A stretch of DNA of 64,000 nt from Raillietiella orientalis (Eukaryota), in contig JAYWIR010000014.1 in assembly GCA_036172245.1 (NCBI GenBank), positions 1,178,001-1,242,000 on the forward strand, in the 5' to 3' direction. The notes beneath the pieces are model-generated. The model had not been told where the DNA came from. It ran no database searches and was given only the letters and a program-made list of their open reading frames with translations. Shown here one piece after another: positions 51,201-64,000 of this stretch. Both the position numbers and the translations under genes were made by a program. Position 1 is the first letter of the stretch. The number at the start of each line of letters is the position of its first letter.

Positions 51201-54200
51201 CATTCTCAAGCATTTAATAAAATTCATAGAGTATTTTCTAGAAAGAGTAAGTACGAATCGATTTCTAAAAGCGTTAATCGAAAGGATTAATCATTCTGAT
51301 TTGGATCAGTGATAATAACTGGGGAGATTCCCTATGTCGTCTAAGAAACACCAATTAAATGGGAGAGAAGTAAACCAAGTAAATAGCAAAGGAGCTTCTA
51401 AAAATAATTCCTTTTAGACTCCAGGCTTATGTGAACACCGCTGAAGACACGTGGTGTTTTTCACGCGGAGGGCAGAATGACTGAATTCCGATTAGCAATC
51501 AGTGTACGGAAAACAAAGGTTTGGAAGATGAAGAGCTATGGAAATATCAGTGTCTATGTGATTCTTGGGAAGACCTTAAGGCACATTTTGTGGTGTTTGC
51601 AAATTAAATACATCAATTGTTGAGAAAACGTGAAATGTGTAAAACCACGATATCAAGAGAAAGAGAATGCAAACCAACATTTATCTCGTCACCATGTCAG
51701 CCCAGTGACGTCGAAAACCATTTGTCTTCGCATCAGCTGATGAATGCCATCCAAAATAGCGAAAAATTTTCGGTGGTCAGTGAGGAAATGCACAATCTCT
51801 GCAGCCTGACGGTTCGTCTTATGATATCGGAAACAATTACGGTGCTTCAAAAGTCACGGATTGAGCAGAAGGTCGATTAGGAGGCGGTAGGCGATAGCCA
51901 GCCGACTCAGCGAGACCATAAGAACTGAACGGAGCGCGTCAGACGTGGTGCGTCAGCAGGGCTTTCCTTCTTGCGAAAACAAGTGCGAAAATGTATCGGA
52001 AGAGCTCGCAGGAAGAAGTCAGACGAGTGTTGTTGGTAGAACCTGCTGAGTGACGAGGAGTGATTCACCTCAGCAAGATAGGAGGTTCCCAATAAAATGC
52101 AAAGGAAAACAGCCCCGGACAAAAGGTGTGCGGATTCAAAGCAGACAAAGGACAAACACCCGTTAGTCTTGTGGGATTAGTCCGAGCCTTCCATTTTGTT
52201 CTGGTGCTGACTGCTTTCAGGAACGTGGAAAAGAGTTGAGAAGGAATTGTCATTCCTCCAGCGTTATTTATTGTTCAATTTACCTGGCTCCTTCCCCTAC
52301 AAAATGAAGTTCTTCGTTTTCACATGTGGACCCGTTTTCTCGCTATCGAATCTGAGACTTCATCATTCGGGTGGTTTACGATGCCTGAAACATCCGCACA
52401 GCTCCACGCTTGTGCCACGCTGCACTAGAGAAGGAGATGCTGAAAAGCCGTCCTCTTTGTTTCCATTTTCGCGTCGGTAAGGCATCCGAGGCGAAAGCTT
52501 AGCTGCTGAGGCGAAAAGATATCGCAGCCCAAATGGACCATCCTGCATCTCGTAAACGCACACTGCGATCAACCTGACTAAAAATCTGCACTATGCAATG
52601 GTGTTGACACTCGCAGACACTCGAGCAGCACGGCGAATTCTGCCGAAACTCTGACGCAAACCGCACGAAAGGCGTTCCTCGTTGCAATTGAGCCTCTTGT
52701 CCAAAGGCAAAGAGCTCAAACGCATGGATGACTCAGAGCAATCCTCGCGCCTAGAGAGAAGTTCAAGAACGAACCTGGTTGTTAGCAATGGGAATCAGAA
52801 GGGGCGAACCCGAAGCCGAATGAGGATCCTAGCCCCAATATTCGCAGTCACACCCCCTTGTGAGAGCACTTGGCTTTTCAGGTGCGAGAGCATCTTGCTC
52901 CTCAGAGACGTGCTCCTGGCAGTGGCGCGGACTTTGCCCGTGAGTTCCGAAAAGAATCCGATGGTCACAAAAATCCCATTGAGTCGCGAGGGAGCTTTCG
53001 AAGTCTCAAAAGTTGTCCAATTTTCTGAGGCTGATTTTGCGGTTCCATGAAAATGAGGAGTGATATTCCCGGAGCATCCATCTCTCTTCCTCGGCACACG
53101 AGAACGGAGATCTAATGGAGCAGGACGTGCTCATCACTTTGATGGGGAGTACTCCCATTTTGAAGACTTAGCTGGATTTCCTGGAGGAAATCTGCTGTGG
53201 TCGTCAGTCTAAAAAGCAGTAGTAAAAAAAGGAAAAAAAAAATCTTTTGTCCTGAAATCCCGATGAAGAGACGCTGTCCCACGGGTGCAGGCGCCGCGGG
53301 GGATTTGCAAAAAAAGTGACACGGGATGCATTCTTTCAGGAAGAGCAAGGGAAAGCTTCGCGAAGAAAGGTCACCACATCATCAGCTGTAAAGACGGGGT
53401 TGGTGGGCATCCGAGGCCACTTCGAACTGGACCCGATTGAAAAGCAAAGCCCAAACATCCATCATTGAGAGGCGGAGTAGGGGTCTCCTCGCTGACCCCG
53501 TGTTGCAGCGCTACCCGAGAGGATTTGGATTCATTTTGTGTCCCCTAAAATTTTCAAAGTTTGCAAATTCCGCTAGTAGCTGCTTGGAAATTCATTGGTC
53601 GGCAGGAGAAGCAACGACGAAGGGTTTTCTGTTGAAGAGCTCGGCAGAGTCCTCGCGAGCCACCGATATTCCTGCCGATAAAATGCTGCGAAACCTCTGG
53701 GAGTAAAACTCCGACCACTCTGCCTCTCGAAAGAAAGAGACGTCTCTTAGGAAACTCAGGCGTTTGCTTCTTGGAAAACACAGCACACCAAAAAGGCGAT
53801 GAGAACCATTTTGTGGTTTTCACAGAGGAGGAGAAGTTTATTATGTCACGTGTGCACAATGGCAACCGGAATCCTCGATGGAGACGGTGAGGGCGAGTGG
53901 GTGACATCCACGACGGGTAATTTAAAAATCAAGAAGATCAACGTCAGCGAGAAGCTGCTCTCCGCTCCTCCGCTTCGCACACTCCGGAGGAGAATCCGAG
54001 CAACACAAACAGGGCACAAAGGAGCAGCAGGCGCGCCCCTCGGGCCCCCACGTCTGGTCCTCTTCGAGCAAAATGGGGATCTCGACGTGGAATCTAGAAG
54101 ACTTCGGGCCCTGCGCGGTGGACACGCCCCCTATCAGGCGCGCAAAACATGCCGTCCAACCTACCTCGGACACTCGCCCCTTGCCACCAGCTCAAGGAGG

Positions 54201-54632
54201 CGGCAAGGTCCTCCTTCGCTTGCGCCTGTATCTCCTCTTAATCGGGAGAGTTCTCTTACCCCACGGCTGCAGGATGAGTGATGCTGGCTCTCGTGATCTT
54301 CGCCCACGACCAGTGACCTCGAGCAGCCATCCCTTCCTTCCTAAGCGGGTGCTTTCGAATTTCCCATTTTTTTCCTTTTTTTTCTTTTTTCTTCTCTCTT
54401 CCTCCATCTGAAAGTGGCGGAAGGATCGGTCAGCCAGAAAACACTCTGGGGTTGAATATTCGGCGGTCCAAAGCCCCTCCTCCAGCCGAATGACGGGAAG
54501 GGGGAGAAGCAAGAAAAAAAAAACATTTCGTTCGGGGGCAGCCTTTGCAGCCTCCAGCGTCTTCCCAAATTCTCGCGGATCTCTTCTCACCGGGATTTAA
54601 ATAATGAGCGATTTCTATGTCAATCTGTCCGT

Positions 54633-55616
54633 GTGAAAATGCGAGCGACGGTTGCTTGGATTTACAGCCGCAGCTCCTCTCCCAAGCCCGCGTTTCCGAT
54701 GGCCCTTCTCAGTGGCGTTAATGGAGGTAATTTGCATGTTCGCATGCGTACGCGGCCTCATTGTGGATGGACGAGGCGGAAAGACACGGTCGTGTTTAAT
54801 CCACCGAGACCAGCATCCATTATCTGGAGTTTTGAGTCGATAACCCTGGTCATTTCCTTCGCACAATGGCCGCGGCGCGTCCTGTCGTCTGCCGCAATAG
54901 CAGACAAAACCAACCAGGGAAACGCGTCGGAACGGAGTCGGTTTCGGACGGATCCCCTTCAACAAGAGCATCCAGTCTTCCCAAACCTCCTTCCTCCCCT
55001 TTTATCAGTGATGCAGCCGTTGGCAGGAGGAGCACGTCTGAAGCCCCGAGGAGCGCTCGGTTTTCCGACACGTCAGCAAGGGAAGCGCAGATTCTCCCCT
55101 GCCCTCCTCTCTCCCTACTCGCTCTTCAAAAGATTGCTTGCAACCCACAAAGAGGAGCTACCCGCAGCTTCCTCTCGCTGGCTTCTTCAGGAGGACGCTG
55201 TGCTCCCAGGGATTTCACTGGTCTTTCGTTCTAATCCGCCCACATTCAGGGAAGCCATCTCCTGCTTTCCGCTGCCTGCAGCTATTTTCGGCGAGCTCCC
55301 TGATTTTTTGCGCGGGAATTCGACTATGCTGAGCGACCTGAGCAGTATGGCTAATAATCTGAGCCACAATGATTCGCTCAAAGCAACGGATCCATTCCCT
55401 TTCTGGAGAGTGGGCGAGACACCAAGCGGATTTCGTCGAAATTCCACACTGTGGAGTCGCGGCCAGTGGATTTGCCATCGTCGCCAATCCTCTCTTGGCA
55501 GAGCTCCCCGTCTCTGGTGCCTGGCCAGCAGCCTCCGTCCTCCTTTCCTCCCGTCCGTGCATTGGGAGAAAAATGTGGACCAAAATGAAAGGTTCCGGAA
55601 GCAAGGAGCCGTTTGA
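54633..55616 (+). CDS. Long ORF (327 aa), no recognisable domain
   Basis: One of the two longest ORFs in the window. The second half has globular-like composition, but length is the only support. Confidence 0.15.
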   Translation: MKMRATVAWIYSRSSSPKPAFPMALLSGVNGGNLHVRMRTRPHCGWTRRKDTVVFNPPRPASIIWSFESITLVISFAQWPRRVLSSAAIADKTNQGNASERSRFRTDPLQQEHPVFPNLLPPLLSVMQPLAGGARLKPRGALGFPTRQQGKRRFSPALLSPYSLFKRLLATHKEELPAASSRWLLQEDAVLPGISLVFRSNPPTFREAISCFPLPAAIFGELPDFLRGNSTMLSDLSSMANNLSHNDSLKATDPFPFWRVGETPSGFRRNSTLWSRGQWICHRRQSSLGRAPRLWCLASSLRPPFLPSVHWEKNVDQNERFRKQGAV

Positions 55617-58600
55617 ATCGCTGCTTTTGACTTTCCCGACCAACCCTTTTTGACCTGTTCTTCTTGCGTTCTTTTCCATCGGTCAAGTTTTGCGGTATCA
55701 TCGAAGAAACCGTCGCAGTGAGAGATGATAGGATACCTCGGAGTCTCAAACGGCACGTTCTGCTATCATCTGCTTCTGTGCTATTTAGAGGCACGCTGCT
55801 CTGGATGATGCACTATGAAACAACCACGGACAAAAAGAAAGGTGTTCTTAAAATCGTATCAGAACCACGTGGATTATCATAGAAGGAATAGGCGTTCGTT
55901 ATTACGGCCCACAACGGGTCCTTGAACCCTTCATCTTTCCACATTCCTTTTCGAATGGCTAGGAAGAATGGCTAGAAGGTTCCCCAGAATCATTCCTTTT
56001 ACCTGAAGGATTCCGTGAGACAGAAGGAGGGAAGTCAAATATGCAAGGGAACAGTAGCAACGATTCGAGAATCGCTAGATCCTGACAACTAAGGGAGCCA
56101 TTCTAATAATTTTCCCGCTTTCTCCTCGATCAGCCCCGCAACCCTCTCATCCTTTCGTCAGCATTAAGGAAGAGGAGCAGCTGTTTTTATGAGAAGAGAG
56201 TTCTGAACGAGGACAAGCCTCGGGGACCGTCGATTCGATTCCTATACGACGACCAAGGTGTCTCAGAGACCATTGCTGAGTGGGGCTCCATGAGGAGGTG
56301 CCCGCGAACCCCTCTGTTCAACAAGGCGTCGGAGGTCGGCACCATTACTCATCCTAATAGTTGATTCCTCTCAACGGAACGGAGTGGACGAAGCCATCAG
56401 AAGATTTTCGCCTCGCTGACCATCAGGAGATGGTCAGCGAGGCGAAAGCGCCCAAGATCACCATTCAGGCTCCTTCAGAGGACCGGATGCATTTTTTGCG
56501 AACAGGGTACAAGCTCAAGCCGCGACATGCAAGCTTTCGGAGGAGCCGTACAGGCTAAATAACTCACACTGGGTGGCACGAAGATCTGGTACGAACCACC
56601 GTGGGCGCTCCTAGAGAGCAGCTACCTACTCCGATTTTTACGAGCATTTGGAAGCGGTCATCTGTGCTTTGAGTGGGTTGTGAATGACCCTCATTCGGGA
56701 GCATGCTCCGCTCCGGGAGTAAACACTTGAGAGAGCAGCAGATTTACTGTGAGCGCACGCGCTTGCTGACGTAGACGCGCGAGCTCATGCCGAACGTCAG
56801 TGTAATGTACACATGCAAAAAAGAGTACACGTGCAATCACGTCCATTCACGAGCTGCCGTCATCCACGCAAAAGCATACAATACCTTAGCGCCAGTCTAC
56901 ATCCATACGTCAGACGTGGTGCGTGTGCTTCTGTTCGTATCTGTTTCCTGGATGCTCGAAAGCAGGATTCACCACCCCAAATGAAGATCGTTTCTGGACT
57001 GCCTGGCTGCGTCGCCTGCTTGCGGGCTGATGGAATCCTTGGATTTCGATGTCCTCCTATGCCTTGAAATGCATTTAAGGCCTCAGAATCGTCGAAGACA
57101 AAGGGGAATGTTCGTCTCCAATAGCGACGTTCCGCTTCGTTTCTTTTGGATGAAAACGGCTGTTTCGAAACACTCCTGAGAACCCTTTCAAAGTTCTGCG
57201 CCTTCTCAGAATGTTGATCTTTATTCAGCGCACGGAGCAGCTATGTAGTGGACGATTTTTTTTCAAATTACATAATCCATGCAGACTAATAACAAAGTGA
57301 TAAAGGTGCTAAGTAACAGGGATGTAAGACGTCGAAATTAAATAAGGCGGGAGGCTCTCTGTTTTGCTGGCCAAGTAAAAAGCAAGAACTTGATCACTGC
57401 ATTTGAAGAACCTGAGATTCTGGACATGTCAATTTGTGCACGATGTGAAAACGCGCGTGCGCACTCACGTGCAACCACAGATGCAGCTCCCTGTCAGAGA
57501 CAGTTTTCGTCGAAGTGATTTCATGGCTTGAAATATTTTCCGTAGCAACCGACCCTAAGGAACAAAGGACTTAATCATAATCTGCTTTTAAAGTCCGCCT
57601 ATTGTGAAGTTTTTTCGAACTTCCTTTCTAAAATCATCCCTTTTCTCTCAACTAAGTATTTAAAAAAAAAAAAAAAGGAAGATTTCCTTAAAAGCAGTTC
57701 CTTAAAAGAAGTCGAATTCGGGCACATCGAACGTCCCTTAGGATGAGCAGCTGGATGTCTCCCACAGAGAGGTCACTGGGTAGAGCAGGCGAGTAAGCAC
57801 GAGGGGTGAATCTCGATCCCTTCTGGGGTTTACTGACTCGTCCGAAACGCAAGATGTCTGCGCAGCTCCTGCCCTAAGCCATAGTCAGGTTTGCATGCTT
57901 CTTGCGTAGGGAGCCGTGAGGGAAGCACTTGTAGTTAGTTACGCAACAAATTTTCTCCATGGTCCCATCGCGAGAAAAGGTTTCTTTTGAGATAAGCCGA
58001 TGCACACACTCTATTTCTGCATCGGATTTTTATCAATAAAGGAGTCATCTCGCATCGAATCAAGAAAATCTGGTCCGGCAATGGCTGCAAAAGCATTTCA
58101 AGCCTCGCCTTCCTCGTACACGATTGCGTGTTCACAGTTCTTTTGTTAACTATGTGAAGTCGATCTATCTGAGGCTGAGATCTTTCAGGTAATCAGCTTG
58201 TTTTCTGAATTCTCAGTTTGATGCACTGCAAACAAAGGAAAGAAGGAAAGAAAAAAAAAAAAAAACCAAAAACGCCCAAAGGGAAAAACAGTTTCTGTTT
58301 GCTCGACAAGAGTTCGAAATCTACCGGACAGTTTATTTGCCCAGCCTTGTTCGACGTGAGCATCAATCCTAGGTTGTTACGTTTTTCCAAAATAGTAAAA
58401 TCATTTCTCGATTGTTTAAAGAGGAAGACATATTGAAGATTTACTGTCCGATGTGTTCTTTTCCCCCAGAAACGCTGTGGCTTGATTTCAATTTTCGAGA
58501 AGTGCATCTTCGGCGCGTTTTTTCCGTCGGTTCGTAAAATGAATGCAGGGCGTGCTTTCTGAGAACCTGTAATTTCTTCTTTACAATTTAAACATTAAGC

Positions 58601-59900
58601 AGTATGTTTTTATTTATGCACCTCCAAGATCACTGTTTCGCTGCGGAAGCTGATGAAGGCAGTCGGTTATCCTCGAAGAACTATATCAGCGATGCAGAAG
58701 AAACCCGCGGCTGCAAGAGCTGCGTGGCAAATCCTGCTAACCTCTTTCAAACGCATTCTTACCCTACAGAATCCCTTATTCTTTGAGAACTCAGGTTACC
58801 ATGAGTACTCAGATTTGCAAGTTGCTTGCATTCGTTAAGACATCCTGTGACTCTGGTACATCTCCTGGGAGTCACTTCCTAAAGTCTTCTACGGCAGAAA
58901 AATCGCCATCGAAGGGGAAGGCAACATCAGATATAACCACTCCTTCGTTGCCTTGCGAGACCGGCTTCAGTTGAAGAAACGGTGGCAGTTGTGGATAATC
59001 ACTCCTGGAATTTTGTATATCTTTCCCAGACCTTTTTTGGAATCATTCATCGTTTGGTAAGCGGAAGACTAACACCTTGCCGGTAGTCAAGGTGTTAGTG
59101 TCATTGCTTGCCCATGGAACAAACAGCGCCGCCGCGACTAAGGGTGTTAACATCCATTGGGGACTATGCAGCAAACCCTGCAGACTGATTTCAGACTGGT
59201 TCTCTCATTCTCCGAGAACCGAGGTCACTGAGAGACATTGGCATGGACCACGATCGGTCGCGGAAATATGAGGCGATTGCCGCCTGCTGCTAATCGTCGA
59301 GGAAAGGGCATTTCATATTCCAGTTGTGTTGAGCTTCAGAAGGGAAGAGGAAATTTTCCCCACTGATGTGTTCTTCATAAAGTGAGCAATAGATGCGCGT
59401 AACTTTTCTTGCGATTTCATTGAAACTGAAATCATCTTCTGAATGCGATTTTGGGAAATAGAAAACCTACGGAGGAGAACGATCAAAAGATCGATCCGTT
59501 CCGTACGTTTTCTATTTCCATGGAGCCAACGTGAGCACGTTTTTGTCGATCTCGATTCTAAAGGAGAAATACCTTGAAACGCTAGAGGAGTCGCTCTGTT
59601 TGATCACAATGATTTCTAAAAATCGCTGTCGAAGAATGAGTTGCCATGGTTTCAGTAAAAGAAACTGCAGAAGTGGTTGGAGGATTCTCCACGGTGACGT
59701 GCCTTTTAATACAATGCAAACTGTTGACAACCTCCAATATACTTCCGCAAGGAATAATCCAGACTTTCATATCTTTAGATTTCTAGTGTATTCGACACTG
59801 GTAACTGGGCGCACATTTTCCTGTGTGCATCCGAACGCTAGAAAAACAGCAAAGTCTTCTGAGCTGACACATCAGCTTCAGGAGCTGTTCGAGATTTTAT

Positions 59901-59927
59901 GAACCGTGCTGTGGTACAGCACGGTTC
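59901..59927. repeat. Perfect 12-bp hairpin with a 3-nt loop
   Basis: GAACCGTGCTGT-GGT-ACAGCACGGTTC. Confidence 0.85.
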
Positions 59928-60000
59928 CTAACATTCTTAGTGATTAATAAGAAGGAATATGCTAATCATTCGAACGCTTGACGGGCTAAGAACAGAAGTT

Positions 60001-60062
60001 GCATTCAAATTTGAACCGCCCTAACGAAATTTCCGCGAAGAGCTGCTTTCGCGGAAAATGCA
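60001..60062. promoter_or_regulatory. CHR/E2F-like motif cluster arranged as inverted repeats
   Basis: TTCAAATTTGAA 60004-60015 followed by CCGCC; TTTCCGCGAA 60030-60039 and TTCGCGGAAA 60048-60057 form a 10-bp inverted repeat. Confidence 0.35.
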
Positions 60063-63000
60063 GTGCAAGAAAGGAATTAACAGAAACTTTGAGTAACGGG
60101 GAGGAAGTAAGAAATGCTCGAATGGTGGTGCATATAACTTCCAGGAAAATGCAAGTCGATTATAAAGCAAAGGGACAACTCATTGGGCTGGAAAATAGGA
60201 AGATTGAAGTCTGACACTGAATTATTAAGAAAATAATCTGAAGATGCAGAATGAAAGCATATCGGAGAGAGAAACAGGAGGAAAATATGACTGAGACGGG
60301 AGCATGGAATAACTGCATTTGCTTAGGAAGCAAAAATAAACCGTGATGTGAGTGATTTGTGACCATGGAAGACTCTTTGGGAGAACTGTCTGAATAAAAT
60401 GGTAATGGAAACTTCTCAAGAGTCAGCTGAACAGACAGCCCATAAAATGCCTGAGATCAGTATTGATGCATGCGAAAATCTGAATGTGCCAGACAATGAG
60501 AGCTACAGTGCTATGAGCTTTGGTTTCCTTTGCATATTCCAATAAATAATTCACATAATTTAATTCCATCATTTCATTTATAATCATCCATTTTGTTTGC
60601 GAATACCATCTTCTATTTTCTATAAATTTTTCATTCTTAATCTTGAAACCATTCGAAACGGGAAAGCTCATCTTCTAAGAGATTTTTTGCTTGAGACTTT
60701 CTCGCTTGCACATGCGTTTTTCTGTCATAAATTCTTACATTAGTTAAAATTAAGTACCAGAAAAAAGCACAGAAAAAAGGTATATTTACTTTGAGACATG
60801 GAAAGTTTTTGGATCCATCCTTAGATGACCCCGTCATCTACATTTCCCACAGCATGCTTTTAGGAGGCAGCTTACATGTTTATCCGAGAAAATGTGGATG
60901 CGATCATTGTGGAACTTTTATCTGAAAATTATCAACATAATGCAACATGCCATCTATCAAACGTACTGAACGGCAATGAAGGCATGTATAGTGAAAAACT
61001 AAAACCAGAAAAATAAACGATGAGTGTTGCTGCTTGCGATGTGATTGCCAAGCTGTGATGCTTTCAAGCAAAACCCAGAAACTCCTTGGGTTTTCCCCCC
61101 TCGTACGATATAAACAGCCTTCAGCAGATGATTGGTAGGAGAATAACATCATCCTGCATGATGTTCAACTCTGAGCCCAAAAGAAGAGAGGAACATTACC
61201 CTCAAATTGAGAAGATACGCACAGTTATCATCACTTGTCATGAGGGCGGACCCTTAGAATGGCTTCTGATAGTTGCGTTTTACACTGCAATTCGTATTAA
61301 GAAACATCAGAGCATCATTTTCAAGTGATAAAAGGGAGTCTATGGAAATGATACCGCCTTTGGTTGGAAGCTATCAGCAGCTGCATGGAGATTAATTATG
61401 AAAGAACGATAGAAGCATACAGAACACTCTAAATGCTAGATACACACCACTTCAAAGCAGCAGACAAGTAGAAGAAATGTTTTCTCGAAAATTTTCGATT
61501 CCCCTTTGAACGTATCTTCACATGTCTGGAAAGCCTGTGATGCTGTGAAGCAGTTGAGTTAATCAAACGAAGACGTAGAATTCTTCCTAAGTGCAGTGAA
61601 CCTCTCAAGTAGTGGTCACGGTGATGCTTCCATCTTGACTGAGATTGCCTAGGAGAAGCGAATGGAAACGCGGATACGAGAGCGAGTTTGCTAGACTCGC
61701 CGCCTGGCTCGATGCTCCTCAGCGCTGACTTTCGGTTCTGCCTTGTCCAAAACACCAGAGAAAGCCATCATTAGCAGGCATGCTGATTTCGCGGCTCTTT
61801 GATGATCCACCTGCTTCTCGTGAGTTGAGATCGGCACAGTGAAGAAGTTTGCAAAATCCACTGATAATGAGAACATCGAGTGTGATTTTCTCGATTCACT
61901 GGACGTTGTCGGAAGGTGAGAAAGAAATGAAACTGGTGCCAGCATTCGGAACCAATCTGAATACTGGACCCAGTTTAATGGCAAGTTCGAATCGAAAATG
62001 CGAAGGAACACAGGAGTTTCATTTTCCGAAATCTAAAGCAAGCAGCCTCCGAAATGGGAAAAATCGACAGATGCCAATGACTGTTGCCGAAGACTTCACT
62101 TTCCCGAGGATTAACCCACATCCTCTGAGATAATACATTCTTGCGTAAGAATTGCCTAATGTGAAGTAGGTGAATCTAAAATAAGGGTATCGAAAAAGAA
62201 TGGTAATTCTTCCTCATCATCCATGCTGCGTCACTCAGCAACAGCAGAGGAGCTACTGGGTTTTGAGGAGTGAGAGTCCAGCTAGAGCAGATGCAACAGT
62301 GCCTTGTCGTACCCTGTTCAAAGAGCCTCGAAAAGCAACCAAGTAAGAAGGAAGAATCAGAGTGGGGATTTCTAGTCATGAGAACGCTCTGACTAATGAA
62401 ATTCTCTCGTTCTGCTGATTCGGACGCTGCGTTCTTCTGAACGAAGTTCTTGTTTTCAGGCTGACCACTGCAGCATTCCTAGGTCATTCGTTTCAGTATC
62501 GTTCCTTCCTTTTCACTTCCAGTGTGTGAGAGATGACTCAACCGGTATTGATAATGCATCACGTGTTTTTGTTGGAATGTGGTAAATTGGCCAAGGTGAT
62601 CAGAAGAAACACTGACGTGCTGCTGGGTAAAGTTTCAAGCCGGTACCTCTGTAAAAGCCAAAGAAAACCCTGTAAGAAATCATCGATTGAACTTTAGCTG
62701 GGTCAAGATTAGCGGGAGGAAGGTTTCCAGTTTTTCCTTCCACACCATCAACCAGGAAAACCCGAGGATCCAGACTCCTGATTGGGGGCACCCAAGCTTT
62801 ATTCATTTCTATGGAATTTGTACAACTGAGTTTATAACGGAGGGATTTATCCTCCCTTCTCAGGAACCTGAGTTCCACTCGAAGCCAGAACTACGAAGAA
62901 ACTCGACAAGTGCCATGGGGAAACGCCGGGCAGAACCCTCGCGCGCCCTCGACGAGACATTTTGCTTTCCTAGTGACCGCAAGCGTTACTTAGACAAAAG

Positions 63001-64000
63001 ACGGGAACGACTTTCATGTTTGTGCAGAGCGCGGCGCCTTCCAGCGTCTTTGATTGACCTGCTTACGCACGCTGGAGCGCGGAGTCCCCATTTATGATTG
63101 ATACGCTAAGCAGAGGTCAAACGAATCAAACGCTGGACGAATTGCAGTTCCCCTAAACGCTCGCCCGTAATTACAGACGTCCACGCTCTTGCGCAACGTT
63201 TAGTGGGGAGTTGCGAAAGCTGTTGCTCTCTGGCGACGCTCGGCTCTTTCGCGTCGGGTGTGCTCTCGGCAGAATTCCTTCTGCTGGTGGTGGTTCCTGC
63301 AATTTCGGACAAAACAAAAGAGGGAAAAAGAGCATTCTCCCGTCTGGGAATGATCGCAAATGATCACGCCGCGATGCTGGATTGATATCGGTCCTCTGCG
63401 TTTCAAAAGGGGAGGGAAAAGGGAGGAGGGGAAGGAGGAATGGCTGGTGGTTCGATCGATTTCTCGCAGGTCATTTCCACTAAGGAAAATGGGAACATTT
63501 TCATTAAGCCGGCAACGGAAAGCAGAAAGAAAGATGAAAAATAGGGGGTAAACGAAAGAGCACCTTCGAGGAATCGTCCTCTATAGGTTGCTGCTGGGCA
63601 GAGAGGACTCCTGCGCGGGCACAGCACGCGTCACCTCGCGCCACTTCATTCTCGCCGCTTTTCAGAGATTCCCGTCCGTCCCCTGGGAGTTCGGTGTTTT
63701 CTCTTTCAGTACGCGAAAGAAGTTCGCGTCTCCAGTGACCCCTCGGATTTATTTTCACACGGTCTGCACCAACTATGAGACGCGAGATTTCCGGGTCTAA
63801 TGCGGAGGAAGTGCCCGTTCTCCGTACCGGTGACTGAAAGCGGAAGGCTACAATCCAGAGAGAGGATCGAGCAGCTGCCTGGGGTTCTTCGATCGCAAAC
63901 TGTCCTTGCTGAGAAGCAAAATACCTCTTTGACGCGGGGATGCTAAACGCCCGTTGAGGCATGCGGGCTCAAGAGGGAGAACAATACTCTGTGCTCTCCC

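Noticed and set aside
181..57710. Short tandem duplications (181-200, about 4127-4150, 11118-11143, 48589-48614, 55953-55975, 57684-57708)
   Set aside because: Two-copy 9-12-mers typical of replication slippage; unrelated to one another and without spacer structure, so not a CRISPR-like array.
1..64000. Stop-codon reassignment as the cause of broken coding-like tracts
   Set aside because: The CDKI gene reads cleanly in the standard code, and the interruptions involve TAA, TAG, TGA and frame changes alike.
1..64000. Hammerhead ribozymes at CTGATGA sites; transposase, reverse transcriptase or viral ORFs; rRNA
   Set aside because: The CTGATGA sites I inspected lack stem II plus GAAA, and no RT, DDE, HUH, capsid or rRNA signature was recognised by eye. 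A profile search could still find remote relics.

Overview
This looks like eukaryotic, almost certainly animal (plausibly protostome/arthropod) genomic DNA: GT-AG introns, microsatellites, homopolymer runs, and no operon-like gene density. Only one gene is securely identifiable, a two-coding-exon Cip/Kip cyclin-dependent kinase inhibitor (dacapo/CDKN1-like, about 175 aa; + strand, 18482-18932 joined to 19475-19551). Its locus is signal-rich: a strand-biased TATTTAT cluster, a CpG island with a compound GCC/GCT repeat, an A35 tract just before the ATG, a miR-279-type site in the 3' UTR, and flanking (CG)n runs. The rest of the window alternates, by eye, between GC-rich purine/pyrimidine-tract blocks and more AT-rich blocks. 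These contain many protein-like but short, frame-switching segments that I could not assign to any family. I found no rRNA, complete tRNA, CRISPR array, transposase or reverse transcriptase, and I cannot claim a new biological system. The best unexplained structures are a double-hairpin unit with reciprocal GTTA/TAAC loops (48174-48290), a pre-miRNA-like foldback (26788-26865), and a hairpin next to an E2F/CHR-like cluster (59901-60062).
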